A DNA stretch of 64,000 nt from Diadema antillarum (Eukaryota): positions 434,001-498,000 of the forward strand of contig NW_027271894.1 in NCBI RefSeq assembly GCF_040938485.1, in the 5' to 3' direction. Below are positions 38,067 through 52,347 of the stretch, piece after piece. Numbering within the stretch: position 1 is the first letter of the stretch; every line of letters starts with the position of its first letter. The translations under genes were made by a program, and so were the position numbers. The notes under the pieces are model-generated. The model saw only the letters and a list, made by a program, of their open reading frames with translations, did not search any database and was not told the DNA's origin.

Positions 38067-40398
38067 AGGTACCACTCATCATACTCATCCCGACTTGAAA
38101 GTCTGCAGACTTCTTGTGCTGGAGGGGCTGTTTCCATGAAAGTGTTTTCCGTCCCTTTTGCATTCACCTTTCGCCTTTCAATCAAACCCATCCCGATCAT
38201 TGAAGTCTCCAATATTAGTTTGCTGACTCATTTCTTGGAGTCGTGCATGGTTAAACACAAATCCTAGCTGGTGTGAAAATGTTCAAAAAGGTGTAATATT
38301 GTTCACGGTCTGCCTTTCGTTCATAACCAAAAGTAAAACAGAAAAATCCTGATTTATATGAGAAGAACAGACAAAAAACAAAAAAACAAAAAAAACTTGA
38401 ACACTGAACGCACGAGCCGTGTCGGAACTTCCCCGCTGGAGTCGAGGAATTTCGCGAGGAAATTGATTCCGATTTATCACTTGATTCAATTTATTAAAAC
38501 CCTGCATTGTAAATCAGTGAGGCGCGTAAAACTCATCGGGACGGAGGCAAAGACAGGCAGGCATAATGAATGCGAACATGATGAGATCTACGTATGTGTG
38601 CTGCACCGTACAGATTCTAGATCAAATGGGCGCGAGATGGAGAGGGAGAGAGGTATAGAGGGTGATGCGCAGAGAATTATGGAGAAACATTGAAAAGAGA
38701 AGAAAGAGGGTTAAGAGAATATGAGCGGGAGAAAGAAAGAAGATATTATCGATGACGAAGTAATTTGAATATAAATAGGATGTGACACATTTTAACATGT
38801 CCTATGAAATATGTATGGTTTTGCATATGTCATGAAAGTCTGCTTACTCTTTTATATTACACGCAAGACACCTTATGTGATATGTGATTATGTGATAACC
38901 TATGATACGAAGATCAAATTTCTTGCCAATGTCTAGCATTACCATGACACTGTGAGCTTTTTATGCCTAAATACCTTTACCGCCAGGTGTTTTATCTCGA
39001 AATATATGATAATCATTTTTGAACACCAATTTCGAAAGAATTAGATTTTCTCCCCTTATGATTAAACACCACTCCGCATGTGACATTCCTTTTTTTAAGT
39101 ATATACACTTAAAACAAAAATAGTGAGAGCTTCATTCAAGTCTGACTTGAAAACTGACTTGAAGGGCTTACATATAAAAGTTTAAATATTTTAATGCAAC
39201 GGTGCTATTTGTCTTAAAGACATACGCTAATTATCTGAGACGATAGTCTTATTTGGTCTCACAAGTTTTCAGTTGATCATCATAAAAAAGTCGTACATTT
39301 CTTTTTTTTTATTGATGAGATGCATTAGTGATATAACTATTACCATAATTGCATATTACTACCAGATACCTAATAATCTTTCGGAAAAGTTAGAGTGATA
39401 ACGAATCGAGAAGCTTTTGAACGAATACTAGATCATGTGTGTTAGCATGATTTTCACTTGTATATTTTCTCTGTAGTGCAAGGTGCAAGGCTAATGCAGT
39501 AGTCTGCATTTACGTGGAACTGTGTATTTCACCTTTTCTTGTACTAAAGTGTTTAGTTAACTTGTGTCTATACATTTTTACACTTTTTTCTTGCTGTCTA
39601 CTTTCTGCTATACTGTGACTTTACTGATTATGCTGAATTAAAATTGCTGGAAATAGAGACGACTGTAGCTAGAAAGCAGAACTTGTAATTTGCAGTATTC
39701 TTGTTAACAATAACTAATATTTCAAACAAACATGATCAAGGCAGCTCTCCTAAAAAAAGGGGGGGAGAAAAAAAAGATAAGCGTGAAATTTCTCGTCACC
39801 ATAAGAACACAATAACACGTACATCCCTTTTTAGAGATATGTTTTATCCATGAAGCAAAGTGGAAATCAATGGCTGAATTTACTAACAGCCATTCAAATT
39901 AAATACAACGTATGGTGAGCTGGGGGGAGGGGAATGGTTCTGTTATAAGACATTAGTAAAATTGAGCGACATTCTGCAAAGTAGGTTGAATTCTTAATGC
40001 GCAAAGTGATTGCTACCATCATAATCATTATATATCCTAATCAATACAGGCAAGGACTTTTTTTTCTCCTCGAAACAGAAACGCTTAAAGATAAAACTGC
40101 GTAGCTGTGTTTTGTCAAGAAATACACGTCCACACTCAGAGGAAACACTACCATGGACCTCGGTCACAAAAGCGATGCTCAATTAGTCTTTTATGACCTC
40201 AAGCCTTTATTGAATTTTTGAATTGATTTTGACCTATCTTTACGAAAACATGAAGACCTTGGCTAGGGCACAGAATGGATGACTTTTTTTTTTTGATTGC
40301 CCACTGCTGATGAAACAGGCAACGGGTCGTCACGTACATTACTATACTCAGAATATTATTACTCAAAAGAATGGTAATAATAATGAAAATGACATAAA

Positions 40399-40451
<53 letters not shown>
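40399..40451. repeat. (TG)n microsatellite
   Basis: Direct reading. Confidence 0.95.
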
Positions 40452-40452
<1 letters not shown>

Positions 40453-40519
40453 TAAGCACTGCAGCATTGTGCACTCAATGAGCATATTACAGTACCTTCA
40501 ATAATCCTAAATTGTGTAC

Positions 40520-41100
40520 ATTATAACATGATCATCATAAAAACTTGCTGACTTATTGAATCTTGACAGTTGGGAATACAGGGATTTTTTAATACATTTA
40601 CAAATATCTCTGATAACAGATATTGTCCCTATTCATTTGGGTAAATGATTATACAGCACAAGTAATAGGAACAGATGTATCCATGAATCCGTCATTATAG
40701 TTATTCGGTATAGCACAATTTGTTGTTGTTGTTGTTTGATAGAAAGAAAGAAGAGAGAGAAAAATGGGGCCCTATACAAATAATTTGCCCCAGACAGCAC
40801 TTAACGCAAACAGACATTATAAATCTTAGAAATAAATCTTAAATCTAAGCACAATTTGCATCACTTTCACAATCAGAACAGTACAATGTGGAACCTGACT
40901 CAAGTACCTTATACTAGCACATTGCGCGAAAGGCTCATCAAATGTGACAGTTACATGTAAACTATGATTATGCTTACAAAACGAAGAAAAAAGTAAATAT
41001 TTTGAGAACAGCTCTAGAAATGACCAAACTCTTGATAAGATTTCTGATATAACAGACGAATAATCATGTCTGTAAATGGATCCATGGAAAGTGTACAATA
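40520..41100 (-). mobile_element. Possible degenerate LINE C-terminal (CCHC-like) remnant
   Basis: Minus-strand fragments CKHNHSLHV and RFHIVLF resemble SNHxLxIE..C..C..DEFHxxLxC motifs. There are many stops and frameshifts. Confidence 0.3.
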
Positions 41101-41246
41101 GTATGAATGATATCTATCAAAGAATCATTCCATTGCAATGTGTTTGAGAGTGTGTAAACGATCGCATTTAACATTCGTACCTGCAACTTACGGCCCACAT
41201 GCAGCACGTACGAATCATAGGCTGGTATACTTCAAAGAATTTGTGC

Positions 41247-41268
41247 ATATATATATATATATATATAT

Positions 41269-41304
<36 letters not shown>

Positions 41305-41310
41305 ACACAC
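41247..41310. repeat. (AT)n(AC)n microsatellite
   Basis: Direct reading. Confidence 0.95.
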
Positions 41311-44300
41311 GTAAGAAAAATCGACGGTCTCGCCATACTATGACGTGTACATGGTATACCATTGTGCTGCACTGTTTACTATATTAATATACAGAACTTA
41401 CCTATAACATTTACTTACTCGACTTACGCCAGGGATTCGCTGACATCTTTTTTCATACGTCGGCATACGCTGGCTATAAAACGTTAGAATTGACAGGGTT
41501 CTCACCCAGAAAGGTCTGTAGTCTGGCCACATGAATAACGCGCTAAAAGAACTAAACGTGACATTTTTAATGTAAGTTCCTCACTTTTGTTGGGGAAGAA
41601 GATAAACATTAAGCGGGTTTTTCTATGCAGAATACTACGTCAGCGATTCGTTTTGCTTTATTTTTTTTTTCGGCCACCCTAAATTGTGGGTTAAAATTTC
41701 TGGATTTCGGCTGTCCCTGTTTCCAGTGTGGTCAAGCACTCGTACAATGACTGAACTGGAAATCCAGTCTTAGCAAACGATGATGGATCTAGGCATGAGT
41801 GTATACATTTACAGTCAACATCTCTATGGGGAAATCGAAAGGTTTTACTCGTATCCAAAGTCGATGGGAAAAAAAGAAACATTCTTCGGACAGATCATAT
41901 TATCGTCTGCGCGTCTTGCGGTCATCTCAACATTATCAACACCTTACACGTGGTAATAAGAATTTCCAGAAAGCATAAGGCGAAAAAAAAAAAGATGAGG
42001 CCGCGAGTGGGCTTCCTGGTACAGATGTACTACATTAGTAAGGGCGGACAGATTCTGGCCTCTAATCCAGCTCCGATTCCTTTACACGAGTGCGCCGAAT
42101 GACACGCAAAAACACCCGACCCATGATTAAGCCGCCATTTTCTTTTTTTCTGGCCACAGACAACGGATTTAGAAAGGATAATATTGTGGTGTTATCGATC
42201 TCAGTTATCATTCGACGGAGATCGCATGGAGAGCATCTATCTTCACTCTTCTTCATACCCTTCTTCCTTTTCTTCTTCTTCGTCTGTTCATTTCTTGATT
42301 TATCGGTGTCGGTCGCATGTCATAAGACGACATGTCAATCCGCCGTGTTTAGATTAGATTGTACGAGTCCACAAGCAATAGGCGAAAGGCGAGACGGGCA
42401 AGTAAGTTAGACATCATCAGCTCACACAATACGATTTCAATGAAATGAATACAGTAAGACCATAGCTCTCTATTGCTTGTGCGTCCTGTTCCGTAGTGTG
42501 AAACTGTCACTTTCGTTAAGGTATCCAAAAATGACAATGTGTGACTAAAACTGTATCGATTCATCCAACAACTGGTAGCACGGATAACATAAAGATAATG
42601 TCTCAAGCTGACTTTTTTTTTGCCGGAGATAGATGGGGAAAATAAAATCAAATGAAAGTGGGAATCGCTCAAGATAGCGCGTCTGTGAAGAATGCAGCTG
42701 GCATCCTCCAACCTCTCTTAACTTATAGGTACTTTCTTAAATATATATAGTATAAATCATATATTTTTGGAAACAACAGTGACGAAGAGAAGCAAGAGGA
42801 CACGAGTGGTGAAGACAGAGATCCCGGGGTCTCTTCAGGTTGTTCTCCCAGTGAAAGAAGTACACAACTCAAGAAATCAGTAACTTCGAATTGTAGTCCA
42901 CTTTACAGTTTCAACCACCAATCATCAATTATGACGTTGATTCTCTGTCATTTCTTCCTGGTGTAACATTAAAAGAAAAAAAAACCTACCAAGATTGATA
43001 TTGCCATATGAAGCATAGGATATAACCTTTGATAAGCAAAATTTAGAGGTAATGGATAATTAATACCCCTAATCCCATTTAATGGGACCAATAGATCTTT
43101 TGCGGATTAGTTGCAAGTGATGACTAGGGCTAGAAGTCATTTTGAGCACCTGCGTCAACCTCGTTTCGCCCGGTGAATGCGTCCGATTCATTTTTCATTT
43201 CAAGCAGCAATTGGATGTAGACTGTGGATTTGTTAATGTATTCAGGTCGAGGTTTCCATAATTAGCTGAGTGTCGAATAGAACTCGTTTCTCTTTTCTTC
43301 CTTTTATTTCTTCTCTCTTAAACGTCAAACTTTACGCATTTTGGATGTTTCAGCTTGTCAAAAATCTAACGCTATATTTTGCTCATAAGTGCTTGCGTCC
43401 TGGATCAAAAGTAGAAGACTCCAATTTAAGTTATTTGAATGATACTAGAGTAAATGTTCAGACATAATATCTTAAAAAATAAAAGAGAAATTTTGACTTT
43501 CTTACTTCTTTTAGACTGCCATCATATTGAAACTAAGGGCTTCAATAGACAATCCACGTGTCTGTTTTCAACCTATGAAAACAAATTATTTAGATAGATA
43601 ATGAAACGCAGTTACTCTGCCTTTCTCAAGTGTTGTTTGATCGTATCATCTTTTGCTGATGTTGAATAGTTAAAAAAAAAAGAATTATGAGGGTTTTTTG
43701 TTTATTTTTAATGCTAACACTTCAAACAATGGCAAATCCTCCGAACGTCGAGAGGATATCTTTTCATACTACCCACATAAATGAAGTTTTATTTGCTTGT
43801 GAAATACGACAGGTCATCAAATAAACTTGAAGTTATACAATTGCGAGATATGCCGTCACAGTGTTATGAAGAAGCTGATGTTGCTAAATGGATGAGACGC
43901 CCCATGAGTCTCTCATTCTTGACTTTTTCTCTTCGAGTCCGTCATTAGTAGGGTTGTCTGGTGCCCGCATGCAAGGTGCATAATTACACTGTGTAGCATA
44001 GATTGTGGCCCTTCCATGGTTAACAGTTCCTAACTTTTTAATTGGCCCTGTGGCCATGTATCAAGTTCGTTTAAACTCATGTTAAAACTAAAGAGATCGA
44101 GTCAAGTCAGACAAAAAAAAAGGAGAAAACAATAACACGCTTTACAACAACAACAACAACAACTACCAAAAAAAGTGGTCGTGATGTTTGAGTATAATTT
44201 TCTTAAATGATCGTATTTTATCCTTAGGATGATTGGGATATTCAAAGCGACTTGAGTAGGCTACTACTCATAACCCCATTCAAGTTATTCCTTAATCCAA

Positions 44301-45944
44301 GCATTCAGCGACGTTTGCCATTGCCTTCTTGATATTGTATTCAACCATAGAAATTGTGCTTGGCTAAATCCGTTCCCGAGGGCAATATACATTCGATGCA
44401 ATTTTCTGTCGTTCATCACAATTGTGACTACAGTTTCACAAATCACATGGCATTCCAATAAAACATGTTACAACCTGTCATCCAATGGAACCGATTTCTT
44501 CTTTCTTTTTTTCCTCTCCCACCCCGTCCGATTCGACATGCCGAAACGACTCAGACTTGAAGCGGGTTATTGGGTCAAAGTTAATGCATTTCGCGGTCTT
44601 TATATCGATTGGTACTAACCTCATCCCGCTCGCCATTTCCTCCCTTCTAACCCTTTCGAAGAGAGTCGAAGAGGGTCAAGAGAAGGATCTCCTTGTTTTT
44701 GTGTGTCGCGAGCTTTCTGAGCGGTGATTTACCGCCAAGTTCTCAGGTTTTTTAAGTGTTGGTCTCACTGCTCCCATTCAATGAAACCCCTGAAGGGGGA
44801 AATAATAATGGTAATAACAAACGTCACCCTCCTGGTTCGATTTAATCATCCAAAACGGTAGATGAAGAAATGCAAACAAGTTGTAAATATACAGATAAAT
44901 TGAAAGCTGGAGACAAAGTTTAATCGATGTTAAATTGCAGAAGTTTTAACTAAAATACGAAACGACAACTACAGTGCATTCCTTGTAACTGTAACTTCGA
45001 TCATATGAGATACAGTATTGACTTAACATTTCCTAATGGATGTGAATGAATTTAGGAGTAATGAATTTAAATAAAAGTGTCTTTCACTTGTATAAATCAT
45101 ACCAGTGCCAACTAACTAAACTTTGAATTGAAATGATGAAAATGAGGACTTCAGATATACTGAGTATTCACTATTACGAAATATAACCATGGATAATTGA
45201 TGTTTTATGAACAAATAAATAATAGTTTACTTATGTTGTCATAATTCAATCTTGTCTGCATTATAGCAGGGAGGTGATAGGGAATAGTAATTATTGTGGT
45301 TTATTTTTGAATTTTTGGAAAGAGCACGTTGAGGGTATAAGAAGGGGGGGGGGGAGAGCGAGGGAGAGTGCGAGTATAAAGTCACGTGATTGTCGCATTT
45401 ACTTGTCGCATTTACATTGCTCAGAAGAGCAAGCATACCTATCATATTTCCTTCTCTTAAACCGTTCAAACGGATTTTCCCCAATAATTGGCACGCTTCC
45501 CGGAAGACCCCAGCAGACTCATACGCGCAGTAGAATTGTGCTCCTTTGTTGTGCTGACACAAAGGCAAGCGCTATTTGGGTGAAAACATCGTGGAAAGAA
45601 ATCTATTTCTGCGAGAATTGTATAATGACATAACCGACAGCATGAAGCGGTGGAATTGCGCTTTGACATCTAGCATGTGTTAACTTAAAATGTCAAAAAG
45701 TCTCCAATGCGTGATTCCCTCATCTCTTTCTATCTCTCTTTCTCTCTTTTCTCTTCCGTTTTTTTTTCCTTCGACATTTTTTCCTCGACTGCTGTCTTTT
45801 TGTCATTTGATATTTCCTAAGCGATGTTTCCTGTTGTAAGCCCGCATTGAGAGTGAGTCTTCTATCGTAAGCCTATTTTGAATATTTGACCGTTAAAATA
45901 AGTCGATTGTGTAGGCGTTTATTGTTAAGTCTGTCATTTGTGTT

Positions 45945-45983
<39 letters not shown>
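45945..45983. repeat. (TG)n microsatellite
   Basis: Direct reading. Confidence 0.95.
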
Positions 45984-45987
<4 letters not shown>

Positions 45988-46278
45988 TTGGATGTATGTA
46001 TCGTATGACTATGTGATCACCGTCTCTCTCTCCGTCTCATTCTAATCTCTTTGTATCTTTCTGAATGTATAGTCTACACACATATATGTATACTTATATG
46101 TATTAATATATATGATATCATATAAATATATATTATATCATATATTCAGATGTATTGTAATCATACTATGTTTGTGTATATATTTTTATATGTATGCATA
46201 TGTATATATATAAATATATATATATATGAATATATTGCTTTATTAGTGACTTAGCTGGACCGTCTGTTTCGGCCGAAG

Positions 46279-46423
46279 NNNNNNNNNNNNNNNNNNNNNN
46301 NNNNNNNNNNNNNNNNNNNNNNNNNNNNNNNNNNNNNNNNNNNNNNNNNNNNNNNNNNNNNNNNNNNNNNNNNNNNNNNNNNNNNNNNNNNNNNNNNNNN
46401 NNNNNNNNNNNNNNNNNNNNNNN
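46279..46423. other. Assembly gap (run of N)
   Basis: 145 consecutive n. Confidence 1.
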
Positions 46424-47171
46424 TCTTGAAACTACTACAGCCATTTCTGCCTAGTATTTCTCTTCACGATGGTCTCCCTTTCGGAAAAAGAAAAAGCTGC
46501 TGACAGGGAGAATGCTGGATGTCTCTTTTCAGCTGGCTGGAGTGATGCGTGATACGCTAGTTTGCTGCTGACAGGTTGAAAGATGCCACTAGAACAAATA
46601 AAAAGAAACAAAAGAAACCCTGTCATCACCTGTCATGTCTTTTTTTTCTCGTAACAATTTGCGACACGTATCAAGTCTTGCATGCGCTAATCGAGACAGC
46701 ACAAGAGCGATCTTTAAGGGGGAGGGGAGGGAGGGAAATAGCATACAAACTGACAAGCGAGGTAAAACTCTGTGTTCCACCATTCCATGTCTTGACAGTT
46801 TAGATGACATGATATCCGACGTGTATCGTATCTCAATATCTCAATATCTCAAATCAATGAGATGTCAGCGTCTATCTTTCTGTCCTTTTATCTCGAGAGA
46901 AAACTGAAAAGTTTTCTTTTTGGTACTGCTGGACCTGTCCTCGTATCTCCCTTCGGAACCAGTTCAGAAAATTAGAATGGGTTAAGTCGGTCCTCAACAA
47001 TATACAACAGCTGATTTGCTTGGTGGATATCATTTTTTGTGATAACCCTGTCCGCATTTGTGACAGTTTTTTTTTTCTCGAAATGACAAAAATGTAAAGG
47101 TGCTCAGATTTTGATTATTGATTTAAGTACACAAGCAAACGTACACAAACGTATATACAAAATTATACGTA

Positions 47172-47174
47172 TAT

Positions 47175-47211
<37 letters not shown>
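47172..47211. repeat. (TA)n(TG)n microsatellite
   Basis: Direct reading. Confidence 0.95.
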
Positions 47212-50200
47212 ATGTTTGTGTGAAGATATGTAAGTACATGTATTTCTTTGAAACTTATTGACATAAACATAACTATATGTATAGCATCATATGTCACTCA
47301 ATTTCTCTATATTTATTTCTGTATTTACTTATTACACAATTTCATTTTAAAATGTAACAATTATACGCTAAGATAGAATGATATATTTTAATCCTTGTTA
47401 ACATTAAGTTGTGTCTTTTTTTTTTGGTAAATGATGCGTTATTAGAGAGATATTTCTCTGACCTTCGTACATTGTAATGAACGAGGAAATATCTCTCATT
47501 CCCCATTGCATACAAAACAAGATATTGAAAACCCAGCGATGGTAAGGAAGGATTTTTTTCCTTCCAGATACGAAATGCAATGAATAATGAAATTGATAAA
47601 AAGGGACAATGGGCAATGGGGGGGGGGGGGGTGGGGGTGGGGAGGGGATGACAAGGGCATCCGTCCAGGGATACCAAGACATGAACATGTATTTCAAAAG
47701 TCAGTGTGTATGCGTAGACAGATATGTAGTGCAGCTTGTGGAGCAAGGTGCGTGGGAGAGTGAGGGAGAGAGAGAAAGTGGGGGTGGGGATGGGATTCGA
47801 GAAAAAGCATGGCCAGACATCAATTCAAACGGAGGAGGAAAGGAAAAAACTGAGGGCTTCATATAGAATGCAGAAGTGCTCTCCATGCATTATTCATCTG
47901 TAGATATTATGGATGTATCATCATGTCTCTATATAATGAATCGACATAGAGGCTGCCGTTACTCTCCGCTCTCCACTGATGTAGAAGCCCGAATAATGCT
48001 GGCTATGATCTCCCAACATTTCCAATGATCGCTCCCTCGAATATGATACATTCACTCACGAAAACATATCCATACCGCAAGTCTTTGTCTTCTTCTTGTT
48101 TTTCTTTTCTTTCTTTTAGGGGGGTAACGACAGTATATACACCTTCGTAAAGTGTTATGTACACCAATTCTCACTTGATGATGGATCATTAATGGGTAAC
48201 CAAAGGCCGTTACCGTATAGGATGAAGATATGTGATGACCCTCTTCGTAAATGAATGACGTTATTGTCAGTTGATATGCGCAACCTTGAAAAACAATTAT
48301 CGAACGTGTATTGTCATCTTCTTTCCAATGTTAAAGGCATCGTTTAAAACTGAAGTGGCTCAATATCAGAAATTTTTCCAACTCTGCTGACTGAGCTGTG
48401 TGATGACGTTCATTAAATGCATGACAAAAACACTTCAGCACGCAAAAGTTTTGAGAATTGTGATGAAGAGTGCAATGAAAAATAAATATCACCGTGCTAA
48501 TAAGACGTCTACTGAATCTGTCTGGAAAATATTGAGTGTGATGAATACTGTCACAATTACTTAATTTGACTTTTTGCAATGTGCGTTGAGCATTGTTTGC
48601 AACTCTAATTTTGTTATAGCTCTATATTTGATCCACTACACGATATCCCAGGTATCGCATTGTACAGCTTCATTTCATGTTCGTAAGATGCATTTTTACA
48701 CACTGACACCGTGGAGGTCAATATTAAATTAGCAGTAACCAATAATCATCCCAACCCCAAATTCAGCCCTGTTGTGAAGTTTTCGGCTGTAATTGCAACA
48801 ACAACAATGATAATGCTGAAACTTGAAAAAGCTAGTATTTTTTTTACAAAACATGTTAATACGACAACTTTGAATAGTCATTCAAAATGAGATCATTTTA
48901 ATCCGTCTAACTTGTCCCACGATGACTTTTTTACGTCTTCCGTGGACTGTTTACTATAATTCAGAGTGCGATTGCGGTGCCATGCCCATCAGCCGAGTTC
49001 ACTGGTGTATAGTGTGTGTGATCAGCGCTGATGTTGTAATGCAGCTGCACTGTTCAGCTCATTGTTGCAAAAGAATTTTCTTCCATAAAGTACTAGAAAT
49101 TACTTTCATTCATTTTGCGGCGACCCAGGCTGCAGCGCTAAATAGGAATATAATATATACTAAGTATATAGGCTATATTCAACACAAATTGGTGGATTTC
49201 TCTATGGTATCCCAGGGTACCAAAAACCGCATCATATGTATGATCAGACTCTGTTGACATGTATAATAGGAACATGCGTCTCAAAGTTTTCAAACTGGAG
49301 ACGTTGTCATACATCGCCTTTAACATTGACAAACGATTGGACGAAGTTGACATTTAGCCCATGATATTCAACAGCCATACTCTCGTTGATAGATCTGCGA
49401 GGAAATGGTTCGTTCGATCAATATTTCTTTCCAGGCAACTTACGAAAAATATGAAGGTCGCTGAGGTATCGTGTCTTTCTCTTCATACGCTATGGAGAGG
49501 GTGTACGTGTGTGTGTGTGGGGGGGGGGGGGCAAGTCAAGACGTATTATAGATGATGATGATTTTGCAGTATATGACTTTTCCCCCCTCTTTCTCTCAAA
49601 CAAGTCATCACATTGGTGCAAAACAAGCTATCAAATCACAAGTAGATCTACAGGAAAGCATTTTCGGGGGCGGATTATGCACCGTTTTAGAGTGTCATCT
49701 TGAAATTCAGTTCAGAGGGAGATTGCGAGAAGTAAAGCAAAGAAAAAAAATGTTAGATGAGCCTTTAAATACTAATGTTCTGATAGTGTCGCTTGCTGAT
49801 TCCTGCCTACCTTCAAAGCATTGCAATTTTTTCCCCCAGTAGCATCAACCTGTGCATAATGTAAATAACAGGCATTGAAGCGTCATACGGGTAATAGTCT
49901 GATCTCCATCGCTGTGAAGCGCCCAGTAGTGCGACTGCATTACCTTTAGAGGGATAAATCACAACCTTCTCATTCCGCTTCGGCAATGTTTGAATAAGCC
50001 AATTATTTCCAGCTGTTCATTCGTCACTTAGCATTAACTGCTGCTTTTATGAACACTTCTGCTACTCACGTAAAATGTATTGCCTGAGGAAAAGTTCAGG
50101 TCTTTTTTCCCCCTTCTCTCAATTTCATGTTGACTTTGATCGTATGCCGTCCAAAGTTTCCCCGTTGTGACGCGGAAGGAAAAGCGATTCCACTCTTGAG

Positions 50201-50584
50201 CAACCATTAGGGTTCTACGCGGATTACATTCTGGTGATGTATCTAATGGCACGCCACTTTCCTTCGCAGAAAAAAAGAATATCGAGATCAACGACCGATT
50301 ATTCCACCCTTGCCTCTATGTAAACTGGTACATCTTTCCACAATGTCAAGTCAATCGCCAGTTATATACAACAGCAACAATCAAAACAAAACAAAACAAA
50401 ACAAAAGATTGTTTAACCACCGTCCATTTCACAGGAGCGGGACACGTCGTGCGAAGCTCACACCATCAAGGGTCGGCTTAGATGCAGAGCAAAGCCTCAT
50501 TTCGTGGATTTGGGTCATTGATGGGTCGGGAGCTCGAATTTTGTCTCACATCCTTACCATTTCTTGAACGGCGATCTCATTCTA

Positions 50585-50651
50585 CGTGTGTGTTTGTGTG
50601 TGTCTGTGTGTGTGTGTGCTTATGTGTGTGTGTTTGTGTGTTTGTGTGTAT
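50585..50651. repeat. Degenerate (TG)n tract
   Basis: Direct reading. Confidence 0.9.
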
Positions 50652-51272
50652 GTCCAAGATCATGACCGTCAACTGAGAGCACCCGCGAGATTTCTGACCC
50701 TCAAATGTAATTGGTCCACGAGTCGCGAAGAGAAGTTACCAGGGGGTGCAGGAAAATATTCTAAAATTGGAACTTCACGCAGACGTTCGACGGGGAAATG
50801 ACCAGTGTCTCTTTACCGTCATCGATTTCATTATACAAAGTAGGGTGAATATCTTTTCGAGACATCCCTGGGTTAGGATGGTGTGATTTGACATTTCAGA
50901 TTGCGTTATCGTAGTGCCTCTCTGTTGTTTATTGCTTCTGGAAAAAAAAATCGAAAAATGAATTCTATAATCGATATCAATTTGATATATCAGGCAATAC
51001 GAAGAAGCCAAATAAGTTAACATCTACCCAAGACATAATTTCCTCTGCATTTCCTTTCTGTTTGAACTGATAACGTGAACACAATTACGATGTGATTGTT
51101 TTTTATTTACAAAACGCACGTGGCTAATAAGAACGGGAGAAAAATTCGAACACATGTTATTGCAATTTGTTGTAATTTGATCACTCAAACAATTTTTATT
51201 TCGTCGAGGCGGGAAAGGCCATAGTTCTTGTGCAAGAAAAAAAAAATCATCGCTTCCTCGTGAGCATTTTTT

Positions 51273-51312
51273 CCCTTTCTGTGCCAATGAGACAAATGTG
51301 CACAAATATCAC
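51273..51312 (+). mobile_element. piggyBac-like terminus fragment, copy 2 of the dispersed repeat
   Basis: CCCTTTCTGTGCCAATGAGACAAATGTGCACAAATATCAC aligns with the reverse complement of 38024-38062. The TTAA is not retained here. Confidence 0.5.
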
Positions 51313-52052
51313 ACACAAACCAATGATCAGGAAATAAACATGGCACACAACGTTTAAAATATTCATGAAATATAGACGCTACAAAAATAGAGGAGACAAT
51401 ATACATTTCTTTGATACTGTTCCACATAATCATTGTACTCAAGTATCATGTGCGGGAAAATGTGTTATTAATAGACCGAACCAATCATTATTACCGGTAT
51501 TCCAAAACGTGCGATTTACATCACATTCTTGATAACTAATTCGACATTTAATATCAATTCCATCGCCTCGATGGTTTTTCTTTCCAGGTTTTGTTCACTC
51601 CTGAATCGCAATAGAAATGTTATCCGATTTGACATCCTTCTTCTCCGTATTAATGAAAGGCAAATATCACATCCACATATCGATACACCCAAAAACATGC
51701 ATATTCGGAATTCACACGGTCTTGTTATAATGTCACACTGCAACATGAATACACTCTTGTATGAAGTCAATGATACAGCGACTTCATCAAAACCACACAG
51801 CCTAAAATCTACCTCTACCCACTCGTCAGCAAGAAATTATCGTCTCACAACCTTTCCCTTACGAAAGCATACACGATATGATAATTCAAATGCACATATA
51901 TTGTAATTGTATAAGAATGTGAATGTATAAGATGGGACCCAATCTAAGTCAAGCTCTGCTTATGATGGCGATTGCCTGTATTGTTTTCCTTCTTTGTTAA
52001 AGTGTGCCATGCAATGTCGCTATTTTCCCATATAGTTATAGTCGACGGTCTT

Positions 52053-52176
52053 TTTCGCAGCATGAAACTTCCGCGAATAGCCACTGGCATTAAATGCATC
52101 GTTTAGAATCGCGCATATTTTGCTGTTGCGAATATTATCTCGTCGCGAAATTTGCGAAAATTTCATGCCCGCGAAA
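52053..52176. mobile_element. Small palindromic MITE remnant with CGCGAAA-rich inverted ends
   Basis: TTTCGCAGCATGAAACTTCCGCGAA (52053-52077) versus the reverse complement of 52151-52176, TTTCGCGGGCATGAAATTTTCGCAAA. Confidence 0.55.
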
Positions 52177-52189
52177 TTTTCTGCAAAAT

Positions 52190-52347
52190 GAAATTCAGCA
52201 TTTATACCATGAAAATAAAAAAAGAATTACAGAGGGCTCCTACTCAAATATCAATGAGTAGGTCCTGAGGGATCATCTCTCCAAATTTGGTGCCTTTATC
52301 CGCCGTGTAACGGTAGTCTTTAATTTTGACGTTAAGCGACATGACTA
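52190..52347. mobile_element. Probable terminal fragment of a non-autonomous DNA transposon
   Basis: CCAAATTTGGTGCCTTTATC..GTAACG..AAGCGACATGACTA resembles common invertebrate MITE ends (recalled resemblance only). I found no partner end. Confidence 0.3.

Noticed and set aside
39230-39670. AT-rich stretch resembling a LINE 3' UTR
   Set aside because: No recoverable peptide motif or tail; too weak to call.
42772-42840. Acidic coding-looking stretch (SDEEKQEDTSGEDRDPG) after an AACAG
   Set aside because: Weak polypyrimidine tract, non-consensus donor (GTTGTT) and no recognisable protein. RNA-seq would be needed.
44253-44270. 7-bp hairpin TGAGTAG-GCTA-CTACTCA (and a similar 8-bp stem at 52239-52262)
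   Set aside because: Stems this short are expected by chance in 64 kb.
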